Below, piece after piece: positions 20,879-30,248 of a DNA stretch of 64,000 bases. The position numbers were made by a program, and so were the translations under genes. The notes under the pieces were generated by a model. It was not told the DNA's origin. It saw only the letters and a list, made by a program, of their open reading frames with translations, and made no database searches. The stretch comes from an uncultured Actinomycetota bacterium (GTDB taxonomy: Bacteria; Actinomycetota; Actinomycetes; JAFAQI01). Every line of letters begins with the position of its first letter. Within the stretch, counting starts at the first letter, position 1. The stretch covers positions 223,485 through 287,484 of the forward strand of contig CAWFEP010000003.1 of assembly GCA_963814845.1 (NCBI GenBank), given 5' to 3'.

Positions 20879-21093
20879 CCCGACCACCCCCACCAAGCAC
20901 TCTGGCATCGAACGTATGTTCGACTGGTATCCAACGTATCCGGTGGGTGGGACCGTTTCAAGGGCATGAGAACCGTTGGGGATAAACAAAAAACGGTCAC
21001 TTCGCGCACCTCGGCCACAACGGCGGTTAGCTGGCCGCTCGCATCACCAACGTCGAGATCGACGCAAAAGGCTCGTGAGCCGCGTCCACGTCA

Positions 21094-21552
21094 TCAGCCG
21101 CCTAAGGGGCGACGTTCGTGACGGTGCTCCGCGACGAGCGGGTTGGCTGAGGTTCCGGCGGCGGCCGCCCAGGTCTTCACGGTGAGCGCACCGAGGCCGA
21201 GGGTGCCGACGAAGCCGCCAGCGACGAGGCCGATCGGCAGGCCAAGCCCGCGGGTATACGCCGTACCACCGCGAACGGTGACGGAGAGTGCCTTGCCCAC
21301 ATCCCGTCGTTCCGCACCATCGACGACGCCAACCACAACGTGACCGCCGTCCAACAGCGAGCCGCCGACAATCCAACTACCGGTGCACTGGTCGCTCGCG
21401 TGGTACGCGCCGGAGATCTCGTGGCACTCAGCGATCGTGGCCTCGGCGCGGGTGCCGGTGTCTCGTTGCACGATGAGGAAGATGCCGCCACCGAGCACGC
21501 CGACCGCCGTGAGGGTGAAGCAGATGAAGATTCCCCGCAGAAACCACTTCAT
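21094..21552 (-). CDS. Hypothetical membrane protein
   Basis: 152 aa with an N-terminal TM helix (IFICFTLTAVGVLGGGIFLIV). Confidence 0.5.
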   Translation of the reverse strand: MKWFLRGIFICFTLTAVGVLGGGIFLIVQRDTGTRAEATIAECHEISGAYHASDQCTGSWIVGGSLLDGGHVVVGVVDGAERRDVGKALSVTVRGGTAYTRGLGLPIGLVAGGFVGTLGLGALTVKTWAAAAGTSANPLVAEHRHERRPLGG

Positions 21553-21671
21553 GGCTATCTGTCCCCGTCCCCGCCACGGTGATCATTCTCGCGGTGCTTG
21601 TGTATCGCAGATTTCGACGAGCCACAGGCAAATCAGCGGGTTGTCATCACCTCGCGCGATCGGCACCCGCG

Positions 21672-22598
21672 TTAGTGAGTGAGTGCCGCATAGGCCGTGG
21701 CGACCTCAGCGCCGAGCCGGGCGTTGTTGTTCACCAGCGCGATGTTGGCGGTAAGGCTGGCGCCGTCGGTGAGTTCCACGATCCGACGAAGCAGGAAGGG
21801 GGTGGCCTCCTTGCCGTGAATACCGCTGGCGTTCATCTCCTCGATGGCGTGCTCGATGATGCTGTCGATCTTCTCGGCGGGTATCTCGTCGGCAGTGGGG
21901 ATCGGGTTGGCCAACACAATGCCGCCGCCGATGCCGAGCTCCCACTTCGTCGCCATGATCGCGGCAATCTCGTCGGGAGTGTCGACGCGTACCGGCGCCT
22001 GATGCCCGCTGGTACGGGAGAAGAACGCGGGGAATTCATTCGTGCGGTACGCCAGAACTGGCACCCGCAACGTTTCCAGCGCCTCCAGCGTCAGTCCGAT
22101 GTCAAGAATGCTCTTCACTCCGGCGGAAATCACCGCGACGTCGGTAGTGGACAGCTCGGTGAGGTCGGCGCTGACATCGAGGGTGCGGTGACCGCCGCGA
22201 TGAACACCGCCGAGACCGCCGGTGACAAACACCCGGATCCCGGCGAGAGCCGCCAGCCGCATCGTCGCGGCGACGGTCGTCGCGCCGTGGCCGCCACTTG
22301 CGATGATGACCGGGAGGTCGCGCACACTGACCTTCGCGACCTCGGGGCTTGTCGCCAGCAGCTCGAGGTCCGCCGGCTCCAGGCCGATGCGTGGCGAGCC
22401 GCCCAGCACGGCGATCGTCGCCGGCACGGCGCCGAGGTCCCTGATGACCCGCTCCACGCCGGTCGCCATCTCGACGTTCTGCGGGTAGGGCATGCCGTGG
22501 CTGATGATCGTGCTTTCTAGCGCGACCACAGCGGCGCCATCTCGCAACGCTTGCGTCACCTCGTCGGTCACGACGAGAGAAGGGTTCCGGGTGGGCAC
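21672..22598 (-). CDS. psuG: Pseudouridine-5'-phosphate glycosidase
   Basis: Motifs ALESTIISHGMPYPQNVE and GGLGGVHRGG are typical of the PsuG / IndA-like family. Confidence 0.85.
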   Translation of the reverse strand: MPTRNPSLVVTDEVTQALRDGAAVVALESTIISHGMPYPQNVEMATGVERVIRDLGAVPATIAVLGGSPRIGLEPADLELLATSPEVAKVSVRDLPVIIASGGHGATTVAATMRLAALAGIRVFVTGGLGGVHRGGHRTLDVSADLTELSTTDVAVISAGVKSILDIGLTLEALETLRVPVLAYRTNEFPAFFSRTSGHQAPVRVDTPDEIAAIMATKWELGIGGGIVLANPIPTADEIPAEKIDSIIEHAIEEMNASGIHGKEATPFLLRRIVELTDGASLTANIALVNNNARLGAEVATAYAALTH

Positions 22599-22607
22599 AG
22601 GGTCTCC

Positions 22608-23749
22608 TCAGTGTGCGGCGGCTAAGGCGGTCTCGATGAGCCGCGGCGTGAGATCAGGGCGGACCGTGTGCGGACTAGCGAGGGTCAACACCGCGGCCGC
22701 CTGACCGAAGCGGGCTGCCTCGATCGGTTTCCAGTCATTGAGCACGGCGTAGCAGAACGCGGCGAGCATCGCGTCGCCCGCACCGGTCACGTCCTCAACC
22801 GCGGCCGCCATGGCAGCCTCCAACCACACCGAGCCGGACGAGGCAGTGCTGAACAGCGATCCTTGGGCGCCGAGGCGTACCCAGACATGTTCCACTCCGC
22901 GCCGATGCAGGCTGTCGGCTGCCTTGTGGAGTTGTTTATCGGTACGCGTGGAAAGCCCGGTCAGTGCTGCGAGCTCATCGCGGTTGGGGGTCACCGCGTA
23001 CAACGGCCGGTCCGCCGTAATGTACGACGCGATCAACGCCGCCTTGGGCACGCTGACCGGCTCGAGGATGGTGCGAACGTTGGCCGCCGCGGCGAGGTCG
23101 GTGGCATAGGTGAGCGCCGACATAGCAAGATTCCCATCCAGGACAAGCAGGCCCGCGGTCGTGATGACGTCGCGGGCCTCGTTGATCGGCCCTGGCCCAA
23201 GGGCGCCACCGCCGCCATGTCGGCAACGGCGACAATCAGTTCGCCGTCGCTGTCGAGCACGGCCGTATAGGTGCCGGTGGACAGCTCGGTGCGCTTCACG
23301 TACTCGCAGTGAACGCCGGCCGCAACAGTCTGGCCCAACAGCGTGTCGCCCAACGCGTCGCGACCAATCGCGCTGACGAGGAAGGTGCGCACCCCAAGGC
23401 GCGCAAGGTTTTCCGCGATGTTGCGACCTACCCCGCCAGGAGTCATCGAGGCCCAACCCGGGTTGCTGGTCGCCGGCCTGGCCCGATCGGTGCTACGAGC
23501 TTTGACGTCGACGTTCGCGCCGCCGATGACGACGGCTCCCGGCCGGTCGCCAAGGATGTAACCCCGGCCGAGGATGACGCCCTTCTTGCCGAGATTGGAC
23601 AAGTGCACATTGACCGACGCCCGAGAAGTGCCGAGCCGCTCGGCGATCGCTTCGGAGCCAATAAGTGGATCGCGGCGCAACATCTCCACGATCTCGCGTT
23701 CTCGCTCCGTCAAGCTCACGTTTAGCAGGCTAAGTCGGGCTTGTGACAA
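22608..23749 (-). CDS. HTH-fused PfkB-family carbohydrate kinase (pseudouridine kinase-like); 1 frameshift near 23225
   Basis: N-terminal wHTH ERLGTSRASVNVHLSNLGKKGVI. PfkB motifs VVIGGANVDVKA, GGVGRNIAENLARLG and DVTGAGDAMLAAF are split across two frames. Confidence 0.75.
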
Positions 23750-23770
23750 TAAGCAAAGCCTGACTCGCGG

Positions 23771-24097
23771 CTACTCGCGTACGGCGAGTTCCCCGAGCTC
23801 CGACCAACCCTCACCTGCTGCTTTCGTATTGATGATGAGCGGGGTTGACGCAAGATAAGGCGGGAGGTCCTGCATCGCCGCCTTGAAATGATCCGACTGC
23901 ACGTGCGCGGCCCCGGCGTCGTCATCTCGAAACGCTTCGATGAGGACGTACTCGTCTGCCTGGTCCAGGCTTCGCGACCAGTCGAACCACAGACACCCTG
24001 CTTCGGCACGTGTGGCCGTCGTGAACGCCGACGCGATCTCGGGCCAGGTTTCGACGAACTCGGGTTTGACCCGAAACTTCGCGGTGATGACGATCAT
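23771..24097 (-). CDS. Antibiotic-biosynthesis-monooxygenase (ABM) domain protein
   Basis: 108 aa with the ABM fold signature IVITAKFRVKPEF...VLIEAFRDDDAGAAHVQSDHFK. Confidence 0.7.
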   Translation of the reverse strand: MIVITAKFRVKPEFVETWPEIASAFTTATRAEAGCLWFDWSRSLDQADEYVLIEAFRDDDAGAAHVQSDHFKAAMQDLPPYLASTPLIINTKAAGEGWSELGELAVRE

Positions 24098-24291
24098 GAC
24101 TCTCCTGCCGTCAGTTGGCTATGACCCGGATCCGAGCAATCGGTGATCTTCAGCGTCGCGTCCAAAAGGCTACGACGCGCCGAGAGAACCTAATCTCCTG
24201 ATCTCGGGGCACCAGAATCCAGAATCTCCGCTCCGGAGAACTCAGACACCACATGACGTCACGATGGCGAGATCATTTCCCGCCCGCCGAG

Positions 24292-25920
24292 TCAGCCGGC
24301 GGCTTCGAGTTGAGGGTCCTCGTGGACGGCTATGCCGCCCTGCAGCGTCAGCAGCACCTTGGTGTCTGCCAGTGCGCCGGGATCGACGGCACGCAGATCA
24401 CGGTCCAGCACGACGACGTCGGCGAGCTTGCCGATCGTCAAATCACCGGTCTGCTGCTCGAGATGGTTGACATATGCCGCGCCTGAGGTGAACGCACGCA
24501 CCGCCTCGGTCACCGAGATCCGCTCGTGCGGCAGGAACGAGTCCATGTCATCGCCCGGCAGTACCCGGTTGACCGCGACGTGCATCTCGCTGAACGGGTC
24601 CGGTGTGCTGACCGGCCAGTCGCTGCCACCCGCCAGCCTGCCGCCGGCCGCCCGGATGCTTTCGAACGGATACCACCAGTTTGAGCGCGGATCACCCAGA
24701 ACCCGGCTCTCGCGAACCATGTCCGGGCTGGCGGCGGCCCAGAGCGGCTGAATGTTGGCACTCACGTCGAGCGCAGCAAACCGGGCGATGTCATCGGGGT
24801 GAACGAGACAGACATGCGCGATGTGGTGGCGTCGATCGGACCAGCCGTTCGTTCGGCGGGCTGCCTCCACCGCGTCGAGCGCGCTGCGAACTGCGCCCTC
24901 GCCGATCGCGTGCATGTGCACCTGGAACCCGGCTGCGTCGAGCTTGGTGACCGCGCTTTTGAGCGCGTCCGGCTCGACGAAGTTGATCCCGCAGTTGCAG
25001 GTCGGCAGGCCATCTGCGTCGAGATATGGCTCGAGTAACGCGGCACTCCCGTTGCCGGTCGTGCCGTCGACCATGATCTTGATCGAGGTCGCCTTCAGCG
25101 TCCCGATGAACGAGTTCGCTCGGCTTTCGATGAACCCGTCGATCTGCTCCTCGCCGATCAGTCGGTCCCACCACAGCGCGGCGGTCACCCTCGTGGTTAG
25201 CTCGCCTCGACCAGCCAGCCGTTGGTAGGTCGCCAGCGCCTCGGGTGTGGTCCACGCGTCCTGCCACGCCGTGATGCCGAACCGATGTAAGTACGCCTGT
25301 GCGTTCAGCATCGCCGCCTCAGTGCCGGCGTCGCTCTCGATGGGCGCGACTCGTTCGGCAAACCGCACCGCGCCCTCGTGAAGCAGGCCATTGGGCTCAC
25401 CGTCGCCGTACTTCCCGATCCGACCGTCAGGCGGGTCTGGATACGTCGCGTCGATGCCCGCCATCTTCAGCGCGATGCTGTTCACCCACGCGTCGTGCAG
25501 GCCGGCGCTCATCAGGAACACCGGCCGATCCGCAACGATCGCATCAAGGAACCGCTTGTCGAGCCATTCTTCGGAGGTGTCTTCTTCCCATCCGAATCCC
25601 ATGATCCAGTCGGTGTCCGGATGATCGGCGGCGTACGACCGTACCCCCGCTGCGAGCGCCTCTGGCCCGGTCGCGCCGTGAAGGTTGCACCGCGACATCG
25701 CGAGCCCGGCGGGCAACGGGTGAACGTGAGCGTCCTGGAAGGCCGGAAGCACACTACGGCCACGCGCATCGATCACTCTCGTCGACCGACCGGCCATTTC
25801 ACCGAGCGCGTCGTCGGTGCCGATCGCAATGATGCGATCCCCCGTGATGGCGAGTGCGGAGTACGGCTCCCGACCCCATAGGACCCCGTTGGTCACCAGC
25901 ACGTCCGCGTCCACGTACAC
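24292..25920 (-). CDS. Amidohydrolase-3 family metal-dependent hydrolase, paralog B (intact)
   Basis: 542-aa ORF with FQDAHVHP, GFQVHMHAIGEGAV and GGSDWPVS. It is a close paralog of 3202-4621. Confidence 0.85.
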   Translation of the reverse strand: MYVDADVLVTNGVLWGREPYSALAITGDRIIAIGTDDALGEMAGRSTRVIDARGRSVLPAFQDAHVHPLPAGLAMSRCNLHGATGPEALAAGVRSYAADHPDTDWIMGFGWEEDTSEEWLDKRFLDAIVADRPVFLMSAGLHDAWVNSIALKMAGIDATYPDPPDGRIGKYGDGEPNGLLHEGAVRFAERVAPIESDAGTEAAMLNAQAYLHRFGITAWQDAWTTPEALATYQRLAGRGELTTRVTAALWWDRLIGEEQIDGFIESRANSFIGTLKATSIKIMVDGTTGNGSAALLEPYLDADGLPTCNCGINFVEPDALKSAVTKLDAAGFQVHMHAIGEGAVRSALDAVEAARRTNGWSDRRHHIAHVCLVHPDDIARFAALDVSANIQPLWAAASPDMVRESRVLGDPRSNWWYPFESIRAAGGRLAGGSDWPVSTPDPFSEMHVAVNRVLPGDDMDSFLPHERISVTEAVRAFTSGAAYVNHLEQQTGDLTIGKLADVVVLDRDLRAVDPGALADTKVLLTLQGGIAVHEDPQLEAAG

Positions 25921-25959
25921 CTCCGAGTTCGTTCACGCACCGCAAACCGCAGAACGTGC

Positions 25960-25992
25960 GGGCGCGTCCTCCCTTACCAGAAGGACGCGCCC
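25960..25992 (-). terminator. GC-rich hairpin (11-bp stem GGGCGCGTCCT / AGGACGCGCCC) downstream of the SBP gene
   Basis: Inverted repeat read directly. A weak U-containing tail follows on the minus strand. It may act as an attenuator, since the amidohydrolase follows co-directionally. Confidence 0.4.
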
Positions 25993-26009
25993 GTGCTTTC
26001 GCCCGCGGG

Positions 26010-27122
26010 TCAGCCGCCGGACGCCTTAACGTCCTGCCACAACTGGGTCCACGCCGCGTTGTCCGCCGGCGTGCCGAATGTCGCAGCACTGTGGTACTTG
26101 CTGATGTTGTTCTGTCCCGAGCGGGCGAGCACCGCCGACGACAGCGACGCTACCGACCTCTTGTTCGAAACCAGATAACTGAAGCTCTTCGCCTGCACGT
26201 CCTGCACCAGCGGCGACAGCGCATAGTTGAGATACGCATAGACCGCGTTCAGGTTCCCTGCGTGCGCTCCGATCGAGTACCCGCACGTCCATGCGAGCGG
26301 CGGATCCATCGGCGCGAACGCGATGTCCTTGCCCTTCAACTCATTCACCAGGGTGATGTCGATTGGCGTGATGTCGACCTCGTCATTCGCCCACAGGGTG
26401 TTTATCGCTGAACCCTGGTAGTAGGTAACGACGTGTGGCTTCTGCGCGATCAGGAGCTTCTTGACGTTGCTCAGCTGGGCCGGGGTCATCGACTGCGGCG
26501 GGAAGTAGCCGAGCGCAAGACCGGCAACGATGATGTTGTCCAGCGGGTCATCGGGCTCGGTCACCCGCTTGTCCGTCGTGAACAAGTCCATCCAGGACGT
26601 CGGGGGCTTCGGGAACGCGGAGGGCCGGTAGACCAGGCCGTAGGCACCACCGACAAGCGGCAGCATGTAGATCTTGCCACCGACATCGACACCCTTAATC
26701 TTCTTGAAAAACGGATAGATCTGCTTCCAGTCGGTGATTCGCGAGGTGTCGATCGGCTGGAGGTCGCCGTTCTCCCGCTCCTGGTCGATCGGACCGGCGC
26801 AGGTGTTGACGACGTCGGCTTGGAAGCCGGCCTTCAACTTCGCAACCCCCTCCTCATCGCTGGAAATGTCCGCCTTCTCTACCGATACTTTGGGGTACTG
26901 CTTATTGAAGTTGTTGAAGACGGCAGGCGCGAACGCGTCGTCATAGGCGAAGATCGTCAACTTTCCTGAGACCTGCCCGGACGCCGCCGTCGAGGTGCCG
27001 GTTGGCGCCGACGGCGAGCCCGCGGGAGCAGCGGTGCTGCCCGATGAGGAACACGCGCTCGCAACGGCAAGCATCGCGACTGCAAGCGCACCTACTCTGA
27101 CTTTCATTGGGGGTGATGACAC
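26010..27122 (-). CDS. ABC transporter substrate-binding lipoprotein, PotD/PotF (polyamine-type) family
   Basis: Signal peptide with lipobox LAVASAC; the length and composition fit an SBP_bac_1/PotD-type protein. Confidence 0.8.
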   Translation of the reverse strand: MSSPPMKVRVGALAVAMLAVASACSSSGSTAAPAGSPSAPTGTSTAASGQVSGKLTIFAYDDAFAPAVFNNFNKQYPKVSVEKADISSDEEGVAKLKAGFQADVVNTCAGPIDQERENGDLQPIDTSRITDWKQIYPFFKKIKGVDVGGKIYMLPLVGGAYGLVYRPSAFPKPPTSWMDLFTTDKRVTEPDDPLDNIIVAGLALGYFPPQSMTPAQLSNVKKLLIAQKPHVVTYYQGSAINTLWANDEVDITPIDITLVNELKGKDIAFAPMDPPLAWTCGYSIGAHAGNLNAVYAYLNYALSPLVQDVQAKSFSYLVSNKRSVASLSSAVLARSGQNNISKYHSAATFGTPADNAAWTQLWQDVKASGG

Positions 27123-27178
27123 GCCGTTCTCCTCAGTTGTGATTCGTTCGCACGGTTGTTGAGTGCTTCACGCTCGGC

Positions 27179-28057
27179 TCAGCTGCCATACGCCCGCCGG
27201 GATATCCGTTGGGCCGCCGTGATCAGCACCACGGCGATGACGAGCAGCAACGTCGCACCCGCGGCAGCCGCGGGCCAGTTGCCGACCTCGAGCAACTGGT
27301 CGCTGACCAGGTTTCCCACCATCAGCGAGTTTGGGCCGCCAACGAGCTGCGGCGTCGCGAACTCGCTGAGCAGCGGGACGAACACCACGATGAACGCGCC
27401 GAGGATGCCAGGCGCGGACATCGGCACAATCACGTTCCGCAGCACCGCAAACGGGCTGGAATACAGGTCCTTGGCCGCCTCGAGGAGGCTGCGCTCGATC
27501 GTTCGCATCGCCGCGTAGATCGGAATCACGACGTACGGCAGCCAACCTGCGGCCAGCACCAGAACGACGGCAAGACGACTGAAAAGGATCACCGTGATGG
27601 GGCTGTGGATAATGCCGAGCTTGAGCAGTCCTTCGTTGAGAATGCCGTGATAGCCGAGCAACGTGTACCAAGCGAAGATTCGCACGATGTCGCTCACACT
27701 GCCGGAGATGATGAGAATCAGCAGCACGGGGAGGTGGGATGACCGCTTCATCTTGAACGTGATGATGTAGGCAAGCGGGTAGCCGATCAGGAGCATCGCC
27801 ACGAAGGTGATTCCGGCGATCGTGAACGACTGACGCAGGATCGGAAGCAGATCTCCTTGCGACAGCATCTGGCTGTAAGCGCTCCACCAGTGACCGTGAG
27901 CGGGCCGCACACTTCGCACGAGCAATGCGAACAGCGGCACGTAGAAGAACGGCAGAAGGAACAGCATGCCGAGCGGGGTCATCGCGACAGCGACCCGCTG
28001 GATCCGGTTCAACCCGGGCCTACGGCGGGGTGCCGAGACCGTCACCGCTAGAGCCAC
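27179..28057 (-). CDS. ABC transporter permease (PotB/PotC-type)
   Basis: 6-TM permease with an EAA-like loop EAAKDLYSSPFAVLRNVIVP. Confidence 0.8.
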   Translation of the reverse strand: MALAVTVSAPRRRPGLNRIQRVAVAMTPLGMLFLLPFFYVPLFALLVRSVRPAHGHWWSAYSQMLSQGDLLPILRQSFTIAGITFVAMLLIGYPLAYIITFKMKRSSHLPVLLILIISGSVSDIVRIFAWYTLLGYHGILNEGLLKLGIIHSPITVILFSRLAVVLVLAAGWLPYVVIPIYAAMRTIERSLLEAAKDLYSSPFAVLRNVIVPMSAPGILGAFIVVFVPLLSEFATPQLVGGPNSLMVGNLVSDQLLEVGNWPAAAAGATLLLVIAVVLITAAQRISRRAYGS

Positions 28058-28866
28058 GACACGTCATCCCCATCACGACGGGTGAGCAGGTACACCAGCC
28101 CGAACACGATCACCGTGATTGCGAGCATCACTGTCGATGCCGCGTTGACGACCGGAAGGTCCTGCGCGTGACGAAGCGAGCTGTATGCCCACACCGGGAT
28201 CGTGACGTTGTAACCACTGACGAAGAAGGTGACGACGAAGTTGCCCAGTGAGGAGATGAAGGCGAACAATCCGCCCACGATGATCGGCGTGACCAGCTGC
28301 GGCAGAACTACTCGGCACAAGACGCCGACCCGGCCCGAGCCGAGGTCGAAGGCGGCTTCTTCCACCGACTCTGACATGCCGGCGAGGCGGGCGTAAAGGA
28401 TCAGCGTGATCAGCGGGAAGGTAACGACGACCTGCATCACGATCACGGTCAGGGTCGAGGCCTGTACCCCAATCGTGGTGAAGAACAACAGTCCGGCGAC
28501 GCCGATGACCAGCCACGGCACGACCAACGGGATGCTGAAGAACCCCAGGCACAGACCCTTCCAGACGCCGGTGAGGCGCGCGGCCGCGTAGGCACTGGTC
28601 AGCCCGGTCAGGATGCAGATCGGCGTGACGATCGCGGCTACCAGCATCGAGCTCTTGAACGCCTGGACCGCGTCCGGCTCGTCGACCAGCGCATGGAACC
28701 ACTCGAGACTGAAACCGGTGAACGGCAGGCTGATCGTGCCCGCGGAGTTGAAGGAGAAGAGCAGCAGGACAGCAAGTGGCGCGATGAGGATCAGGAAGCA
28801 CAACCCGACATAGAGGCGCGCGAGCAGGCCCATCCCTCCAGCCCTGCGCGGCGCCCTTCGCATCAC
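28048..28866 (-). CDS. ABC transporter permease (PotB/PotC-type)
   Basis: 6-TM permease with EAA loop EEAAFDLGSGRVGVLCRVVLP. The start may lie downstream at MGLLARLY. Confidence 0.8.
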   Translation of the reverse strand: MMRRAPRRAGGMGLLARLYVGLCFLILIAPLAVLLLFSFNSAGTISLPFTGFSLEWFHALVDEPDAVQAFKSSMLVAAIVTPICILTGLTSAYAAARLTGVWKGLCLGFFSIPLVVPWLVIGVAGLLFFTTIGVQASTLTVIVMQVVVTFPLITLILYARLAGMSESVEEAAFDLGSGRVGVLCRVVLPQLVTPIIVGGLFAFISSLGNFVVTFFVSGYNVTIPVWAYSSLRHAQDLPVVNAASTVMLAITVIVFGLVYLLTRRDGDDVSWL

Positions 28867-28954
28867 GAACCTCCTCGCGCCCGTTTTCGAGGTGACGCAG
28901 CGGGCCCCGGGACCGACGGCGCGACGGGCGCGTCATCCGCCCCCCAGGCAAGTC

Positions 28955-29053
28955 TTGTCGACATACCTCCGTGCGAATTGTCAACAACCTAGGTCTCGAG
29001 CCTGCATAGGTCAAGAGTATCCGCCGATATTCCTACAAGCAGGTTGTTGACAA
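28955..29053. promoter_or_regulatory. Divergent promoter region with three TGTCAAC-type sites
   Basis: The sites are TTGTCGACA (28955-28963), TTGTCAACAACCT (28978-28990) and its exact inverse AGGTTGTTGACAA (29041-29053). The region lies between the permease operon and the potA-like gene. Confidence 0.45.
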
Positions 29054-29080
29054 CTGGGCGTACTGGTTTAGTCTTCGCGC

Positions 29081-30244
29081 ATGGTCTCGCGGCCCGACGA
29101 ACTCTCCGGGCCTACAGCGACCGTCGGCGTCGCGACAGTGGCCGAGCCTCGGCCCGCGATCGAGCTGATCGGTGTGGGCAAGAGGTTTGGCATGAAGGAC
29201 GGCAATGTCCAGGCCGTCAATGGCATCGACCTCACGATCCACCAGGGTGAGTTCTTCTCGCTTCTGGGACCGTCCGGCTGCGGGAAGTCGACCACGCTGC
29301 GGATGATCGCTGGACTCGAGGTGCCGGACGACGGCGAGATCTTGCTGAACGGGACGAGCACCACCGGTGTGCCGCCAAACCGCCGCGACGTCAACATGGT
29401 GTTCCAGGACTACGCGCTGTTCCCGCACATGACGGTGTTCAACAACATCGCTTACGGGCTTCGCCGCCGCAACGTGGCCGCTGCGGAGGTGACCCGGCGA
29501 GTCAACGAGATCCTTGAACTGGTCGAGCTGGCCGGCCTTGGATCGAGGCGTTCCCGAGACCTTTCCGGCGGCCAACAGCAACGGGTCGCGTTGGCTCGGG
29601 CGTTGGTCAACCGCCCAGGCGCACTGCTTCTCGACGAGCCGCTCGGGGCGCTCGACCTGAAGCTGCGGCAGGCGATGCAGACGGAGCTCAAACGGATTCA
29701 GCGCGACGTGGGCATCACCTTCGTGTACGTGACGCACGACCAGACCGAGGCGCTCGTCATGAGCGATCGCCTCGCGATTATGAACGGCGGAAGAGTCGAA
29801 CAGCTCGGCACTCCGCACGACGTCTACGAATACCCGGCGACCCGATTCGTCGCCGGCTTCGTAGGCGTCTCGAACATCCTGACCGGCCAGGTCTCGGAGA
29901 TCGTTGATGGCGTCGGCGTCATCGCATTCGGAGAATTCGGCCGAGTGCTGGTCCACCAGAACGACCGGGTCACGCGCGACTCGCCCGTCCATCTGACCGT
30001 GCGCCCGGAGAAGATATCGATCTCCACCGATGTCGAGCCGCCTGACTCGGACTGCCGGCTGAGGGGGCGGGTGCGGGAGGTCATCTATCTCGGCACGTCG
30101 ACTTCGTACGCCGTCTCGACCGTGACCGGCGACGAGATCGTCGTGCACCTGCTGAACTCCGCGTCGGCTGGCCGGCCGATCACACGAGACGCCGACGTGT
30201 GGCTGCACTGGAGCACACCGCATTCGTACGCAATCGGCGCCTGA
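29081..30244 (+). CDS. ABC transporter ATP-binding protein, PotA/MalK-type with C-terminal TOBE domain
   Basis: Walker A GPSGCGKST, signature LSGGQQQRVALARAL, Walker B LLLDEPLGALD and a C-terminal transport-associated OB fold. Confidence 0.85.
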   Translation: MVSRPDELSGPTATVGVATVAEPRPAIELIGVGKRFGMKDGNVQAVNGIDLTIHQGEFFSLLGPSGCGKSTTLRMIAGLEVPDDGEILLNGTSTTGVPPNRRDVNMVFQDYALFPHMTVFNNIAYGLRRRNVAAAEVTRRVNEILELVELAGLGSRRSRDLSGGQQQRVALARALVNRPGALLLDEPLGALDLKLRQAMQTELKRIQRDVGITFVYVTHDQTEALVMSDRLAIMNGGRVEQLGTPHDVYEYPATRFVAGFVGVSNILTGQVSEIVDGVGVIAFGEFGRVLVHQNDRVTRDSPVHLTVRPEKISISTDVEPPDSDCRLRGRVREVIYLGTSTSYAVSTVTGDEIVVHLLNSASAGRPITRDADVWLHWSTPHSYAIGA

Positions 30245-30248
30245 ATAC

